DNA from: Hormiphora californensis
Lineage: Eukaryota > Animalia > Ctenophora
Assembly (NCBI GenBank): GCA_020137815.1
Contig: CM035354.1
Span: forward strand, 3,348,001-3,412,000
Length of the DNA stretch: 64,000 nucleotides
Reading direction: 5' to 3'
The notes under the pieces are model-generated. The model worked only from the letters and a program-made list of their open reading frames with translations. It ran no database searches and had not been told where the DNA came from. The translations under genes were made by a program, and so were the position numbers. Positions 55,674-64,000 of this stretch are shown in pieces (the first letter of the stretch is position 1; each line of letters opens with the position of its first letter).

Positions 55674-57169
55674 CCCCCCCCCCCGTGTACTTTGACATGT
55701 ACTGTGTTTTACAGTAGAGAGGAATGCCCCTTGTTGCACCTTGAGCACCTGTAATCCCCTCATCACATGTACCATGTTTTTCATGTGTAATAAGAACCCT
55801 AATTAGGGGCAATTAAGAAAAATTAAGAAAAATATGTTGAAAATGTATGTACTTGAATTGGGGTAAAGGGAATTAGCTGTGACCGAAATTGAGTTAGAAT
55901 AGGAAACTAATTATTCATGAAATGAGAAGTACTGTGCACACTTTTTTTCACCAAACCACAGACAATTTATTCTCTACCGTTAATTGGCCTTGAGTTAGTG
56001 TACACTATCACATATTCAGATGGTGGCGGCTAGAGATCAGTCTTAATAAATATATTTTTCGTCATAGCCGAGTATCCCTTCTTCAGAAGTCCCTTCCCTA
56101 TAAAATGCTGCCTCCTCCCCTTAACCCTTCCTCCCTCCCCCATAACCCTCCCCTAAAACTCGACCTCCTCCAGAGATGTGTAGTTTGAGTAGCTACGACA
56201 CCGACACTACCACTGTTGATGGAGAGGGTATTGACACTGTGAATAGGGGTAAATACCTAAAGGTTGGATATGATGTCAAGATTACTTGTACCAAGAGTGA
56301 TTATGGACTTCCCGATGGAGCTGAAGCCAGTCATGAATGTGCAACTGAGGGATCTGATATCAGCATTACTAGCTGTCTAAGTAAGTGCCTTGCCTTGCTC
56401 GCCCCCCTCATTGCAGCTTGTTCAACCCTTTCTCTTTACAAATGTAAAGGAGGGTAAGAACGTAGTAAAGTGTTCAGAGTCGTTCTCAGCAGTGTCGCCC
56501 TTCCCTAGATGTGTTTTAATACATCTTCTATCCTCTACTACTACTAGTCTGTACAGCTACTTAAACCATTATAGCTGCATGTATATACGCTGCAGTAGTA
56601 GTCTAAACCGAACCTTATAAACCACAGAGAGGATAGACAGACAGAGAAACCTAACATACAGACAGACAGACAGACAAACAGATCTTCTGGCAGACTGACA
56701 AGAAATCACATCTTCTGGATGTCTGACAGGCAAAGTGGCTCATAGATAAACTTATAGCTTATATCGGGGTATCACAGAATTAGACAGGCAAATCAAGTAA
56801 CAGACAGACAGACCGACAGACACAGTCACAGACGGACAGACAGACAAACTTGACAAAAATTATTTATCTAACTTGTTTTTCAGAGAAATGTTCAATGAAC
56901 AGTGTTACTGCACCAACTGGTACAACATATAGTTCAACACAGACATCGCTCTTCCCGGGACAATACTTTCAAGTTAGCTGCAGTGGTAAGTTAACCTACC
57001 AAGTAACTTATATTTTAGTAAGTTTGTCTCACATACCAGTTACATGTCACTCTTTTGTTTGTCTTCAAGCTAGTTCATGAGCATAAGACTATCAAGATTT
57101 GTTGTTTTGGCGCGGTGGAAGAATCCTAATAGAAGTTTGAATCTTGAAACAATCTTCTTCCTTTCCTCT

Positions 57170-57235
<66 letters not shown>

Positions 57236-57241
57236 ACTCTC

Positions 57242-57296
<55 letters not shown>

Positions 57297-58093
57297 CACA
57301 TAACCCCCGGTTGTAATGAATTCCCTCTGCATATTATGATCGCTGACACCCCTAACACTGGCCCCATTCATTACTTTACCCACACTCACATATTTCACTT
57401 TGAGCTGGGATATAACCGAAGCGAATACCGTTTGAATATTGATCATAGCATCATATTAGCAACACGTTTACCCTGTTCTATTCTCAGCTAGGAATTTTCA
57501 TAATTTCCGTACCTCGACATTATCTTCCCTTCACCCTCAAAATACGACTTCCCCCGCTCCCTATATGTGACCAACATCTTCCTCCCCCTAAATACGATAT
57601 AACCTCTAACCAGTAACCCTCATCACCAAACAGATGCGACTCTAATGTTACCCTACGGGAGTTCCGATCGAGTTGTGTGTGGAGATGATGGAAAGTTTCC
57701 TGCTGAGAGACCGGCCTGCGTAGGTGTGTACCAATGATAAATGATTTGTACCAATTTATTAGGTAGTTTTTTAAACAATTAGTACCATTTTATTGTCATC
57801 GACTGTTTTACACCACTTTTTTGGAATCTTAAATTTATTTTAGTGGGTATAGGTCTGTTCAATCCTGATATTACCGTTCAGCATAACCATAATACATCTG
57901 GTTTTTTAATCCTATCACATGAAAAGAAGTGGTGGACACATAGAACAGTCTATCTCCATCCCTCTCACTCTTTCTTTCTCTATCTCTCTCTCTCTCTCTG
58001 TGTCTCCGGTGTCTTTCTTTTTCTTTCATGAGTTTGCAGCTGGTGCACACACTGGATCATGGACCACACATAACTTTACACTTTCTCTCTCTT

Positions 58094-58177
<84 letters not shown>

Positions 58178-59553
58178 CCCATTATCGTCTCTACTAAGTT
58201 TATATGCCAAATTTGGATGAAGACAAAGGGCGTCTTTAAAAACAGTTTCTACTAACTAGAGTGTGTATAGAAAAAGTGTCCACAACAAATATATATATGC
58301 CATGAGGTCTATTGTTCTACAGCTAGTCCTTATAAAAACATCTCGATTTCAAGTAACTTTGGATATCCAAGTTACAAGATAAATATATTTTTTGGCTAAC
58401 CCATTACGACCCTTTTCAGCGACCTGTGCAGTTCCTGCAGTTACTGGATCCACCACACTGAACACAACAAACACCGTTCTGGCTCAGAATGAGGCGATAG
58501 AGGTACCCAAGACACAGACACTCCATATATGGGCATGTCACATGACTAGTACCATATATGGACATACAGATCTGTCTTTAGAGGCATCACGTGACACTTT
58601 TTTTTGCAGGTTTCTTGCCAAGATTACCCAACGGAGTCCCTTCCCTACCCTCACGATTACCCACTGAAGCAGACGTGTAATGAAGGAGGCGATCTCACAG
58701 TACCCTCCTGCCAAAGTAGGTCTATCTCAAAGTAGGTCTAATTAGGGTTACAATGTCACAACAAAATCCCAATGTTCTTGGTAACCTTAGTTTTATTTGG
58801 TTTGCTCGACCCTCTCTCTCTCTCTTTTCTTGTGCACCGGGTTTGAACAAGACAAGTTGATCTAGGTTCACAATGATCCTTCGCGATCTAAATTATATAC
58901 ACATTACAAGTGTCTAATGTCTTATTGCTTGGTTTAGGATTCATTTTCTCGTTTTGTCTGGAAGCGGGGTATCTCGTGCCGCGTTTATTGCACGATAAGT
59001 AGGATCTACATACATCACTGAGCTGCAGTGACAGGGCCAGTGTGGAAGGGAGATGGGGAACGGTTGAGAGGGAGAGAAAGAGATGGAGATAGAGAGAGAT
59101 GGAAAGAGAGGGACATTGCCATAGTTACTGAATGCAATCTAATCGATTCTAACTAGATCGATTCATCTCCCTGTCTCCTATTTATAACGTTCATTGGCCC
59201 TAGATATCATCAGCCCCCAACTGTTTTCCTATTTCTCTACATCTTCTTATGTCATGTTTCTTACCCCGGGGGAAGCTGAAAACAGCATCTAAATTTAAAA
59301 AAAAGAAAACAGCATCTAAAATCATTGTTTATACTGACAATTTACCCCTCCCCTCTAGAGACGTGTAGTAAGCCAGCCGACCCTGCTAACGCCAAGGTGA
59401 CCTCAACAGAAAGTCAGTACTCCTTTCTGGCTCCTGTCAGCGTCAAGTGTGACTCGAACTATGTGTACGGTGATTCAGTGAACACTGTCAAGGAATTTAC
59501 CTGTAAAAACGACAATGGCAATGCAGTGGTCACCATAGATGAGTTTTGTTACA
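53142..59553 (+). CDS. Secreted or cell-surface protein with at least 6 tandem four-cysteine Sushi/CCP-like modules; exons 53142-53317, 53466-53581, 55203-55400, 56174-56380, 56884-56985, 57634-57723, 58420-58502, 58610-58715, 59359-59553; 3' end not found
   Basis: Signal peptide MAMLAYVLLLTCVIATSSA; modules such as TCSKPADPANAKV..FLAPVSVKCDSNYVYG..EFTCKND..EFCY; phase-1 introns at module borders. Confidence 0.78.
54110..54500. repeat. (CT)n microsatellite, then a ~230-bp probable retroposon remnant ending in (GA)n
   Basis: Microsatellites are visible; the intervening segment ends abruptly in a GA tail; retroposon origin is inferred. Confidence 0.45.
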
Positions 59554-60498
59554 GTAAGTATGCTAACTCAACTTCGTTCTTTATTATGTTTTATCACCAT
59601 ATTCAGTATTGTCCTGAACCGTTGTGGGAAGGTTCATAAATCGATCTGGTGTGGATGCCTTTGTTTGTCTCATAGGGCGTGGGGTTATAAAATGAAACGG
59701 GGGGGGGGGGGGGGGACATGTTAATTGTTAATAAATCACCTCTTTTTTTCGATTTTGTTAATTAACGTTAATTAACAAAATTAACAAAATTAACAAATGC
59801 TAAAATACTGTTCTTATTGGTTGATAATACGACTTTAACTGGTTTAATTTTATAGTTTAATGAATTATCTAACACATATATACCCAAACAAGGCCTTTTC
59901 CGATAACGAAAGTCCGACATACAGGTTTTTTGGCTCAAAATCGATACAATTCCAAAAGTTACAAATATTTCAATTTAGCGTATAAAATCTCACTTGAACG
60001 TAATTTTTAAATTGGTAATTGATTCTTTGGACTTAATAAGATGATGTACAACGTTTCTGTTGAAAAAAGAAATAAAATTTTCCAAAAATCAATTTTTTGA
60101 TCAAGGATTGAAAATTTGCTTCGCTACAAATCCTTGTGTTTTTTTAGAAAAATTGATTTTTGGGATATTTTTCGTTTTAAGGTAAATTCATGAGTCTTAT
60201 TTAGTTTTTAGGGTGCGAAAATGTGGGTTAGGGTCATTTGACTTCAATTGCGGTTTAGTTTGGCTAGTATTTATTGACATTTACAAAAAGGAATAAATCG
60301 CTGTAGAAAAGCCGTAGTAGAGGTAGTAAGGGTATGTAAATCGTACAGAATGAACAACTTTGCTCGCAGAACAAGTTTTAAATACTAACAAGAATTATTG
60401 CATTATGTATTCATAATGCTGTGTTTCCCTGCCCTACCGTTTCACATGTCAGTGACATTGTCACTGCCAACAGGATCAAGGCTTGGTCATAATGTAAT

Positions 60499-62170
<1,672 letters not shown>

Positions 62171-63439
62171 TGTGCGTGACTAGGATCTAGCAACACAGTA
62201 CAAGTGTTTTGATCTTTATTTGTTTAATTCTCGTTTAATTCTCGTTTAATTCTCATAGCTTAGAGTTAGCTAACTCCCAATCACATGACACTTGCTAACC
62301 AGCTTTTGACATTCCAACTTAACTACTTATCTAACATCTCACACTCGACTCGCAAGATGAAAATGTGTATGTAACACGCGAAACGCGCGGCAGAGCATTT
62401 CATGTTTTGTTGAGTGGCACGCGCACACACGTCCATCAAACTGTGTCAATGAAGTGTTTGATGAAGGAGTAGCTCGTCACTGTGTGCGCGGCTCTAGTTG
62501 CTACACCGTTGCCCTCGCAACGAAAGTGTGACCAAAAAATGTCCCTCTACCGATTAGTTAGTATACCAAAATGTCGTTTTCGAATTCTAACCCTGCTATG
62601 CCTTTTTACAAAGTAAAAAGGCATCCGGGTGAATGCCTTCGGCATTCACCCGGGCAGGGAAAAAATACGTGCTAAAGGGGATTTAGATGGCATAAATGGC
62701 ATTTGTTAACGTTTGTTAACTTTTTGTTAATTTTGTTAATAAATCACCTGTTTTCTCGATGTTAATATTAACAAAGTTAACAAAATTAACATGTCCCCCC
62801 CCCCCCCAATGAAACTCATTGTTGTTCAAGTTACTTGAAAAGGGTGTGGTGACTGGGGGTTGAGAGAAGGGGAAGAGAAAAGGGTTTCAAAAATGGGGTA
62901 TTTTACTGGTAAGCAGCAACAGTAATAGACAAGTAAAAAGGGGGTATTTCCCCGGTTCTTCTTCAAATTGCTTGATGATTCCCTTTCATCTGGTCCGCTG
63001 AGCTGCTTTGTATACAACAGCATGCTACATGGTGTCATCATTAGGGAGAGTTAAATTGGTTCTGATTTGAAGATCTGAGATCGGATTGTAACTCGGAAGT
63101 AGTTTATTTTAGATTTTATAATTCATGTACTGTTCACACCTAATTTAGAAACTACTAATTCAGCACTCATTTTCATCTCAATTTCCCTCAATTAAATTTA
63201 ATTGGAACTGATTAATGCCCTTTTAGCCAGAGCAGGTCAGAGGGTAAAAACAGTTGCGGGACTGCATTTTAATTTGAGTTAGAAAAAAATGGAATTTGGA
63301 TAGTAGGTATAGATCACCAGTTAGAGACGAGGGATGAATAATTTGAGAGCATTTGATTTATCGTAAAGAAAACTCGGTCATTCATTCGCCTGCTTGTTGC
63401 AGGTTAATGAATGAGAGAAATTAACCAATACTGCCCCGA

Positions 63440-63501
<62 letters not shown>

Positions 63502-64000
63502 GTTCCTGCACAGCTGCATATCCGGCAAGTAGAAACAATCACCAGCAGACAGGCGCCGTACAGAATTTGAGCTCACAGTTCATAATTTTCTCACGTTCTA
63601 ACTCAGTTCACAGTTCGACCACTATCTATCTATCACTCTCTGCCGATAATTTCTCTCGCTCATTCGATCTGTCACTGTAGAGTGTAGAGTGCAGGCCATG
63701 AACTCTATATTTTGAGCTCATGGTGTACACAGACAGAAGCGTACTGTTATTATAGTCACAGATGGACTGATAGAGAGAGAAATTCTAGAAGAACGGGGTC
63801 ATGGGATCCAATTTAAATCCTGATCGAACATAGGAAACATTTGGCGTTGGTGAGCACTTTGCCAGCGAGGCAGGGTTGTCGACCCCAGCTCAGTAAAAAG
63901 AGACTGCCCAACTCGAATATATATTTTGATGGTCAGGTGGTGGTATGTATGTAAAGCGGAGTTTCTGGCCGGTGTCTGGTTACCCCCGCTCCAACTGTGA

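Overview
Gene-dense, intron-containing animal nuclear DNA, most likely from a ctenophore. The short dispersed repeats and (AG)n abundance resemble those I recall from Pleurobrachia bachei; this is inference, not a search result. Spliced genes read from the sequence: a patatin phospholipase (PNPLA8-like), a rhodopsin-class GPCR with the exosome gene EXOSC5/Rrp46 nested antisense in its intron, TFIIIC subunit GTF3C1, an intronless multi-pass membrane protein resembling gustatory-receptor-like 7TM ion channels, two tandem LCAT/PLA2G15 lipases, mitochondrial ribosome recycling factor, a large low-complexity protein with CRIB-like motifs, MOB4, an RMDN-family protein, UBE2G2, a C2H2 zinc-finger gene and a secreted protein of Trp-less Sushi-like modules. 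Mobile DNA includes one apparently full-length CR1-group LINE, two truncated LINEs, several MITEs, and two non-autonomous elements with poly-G/poly-C ends and 8-bp target duplications. The most striking feature is the architecture. Genes fall into alternating co-directional blocks, nearly every start codon is preceded within 0-20 nt by a splice-acceptor-like pyrimidine tract plus AG, and the two divergent strand-switch regions share a CpG-rich motif. Together these suggest spliced-leader trans-splicing and possibly operon-like transcription. Scattered single-base frameshifts in conserved genes are most likely assembly errors. All exon coordinates were read by eye and may be off by a few bases.
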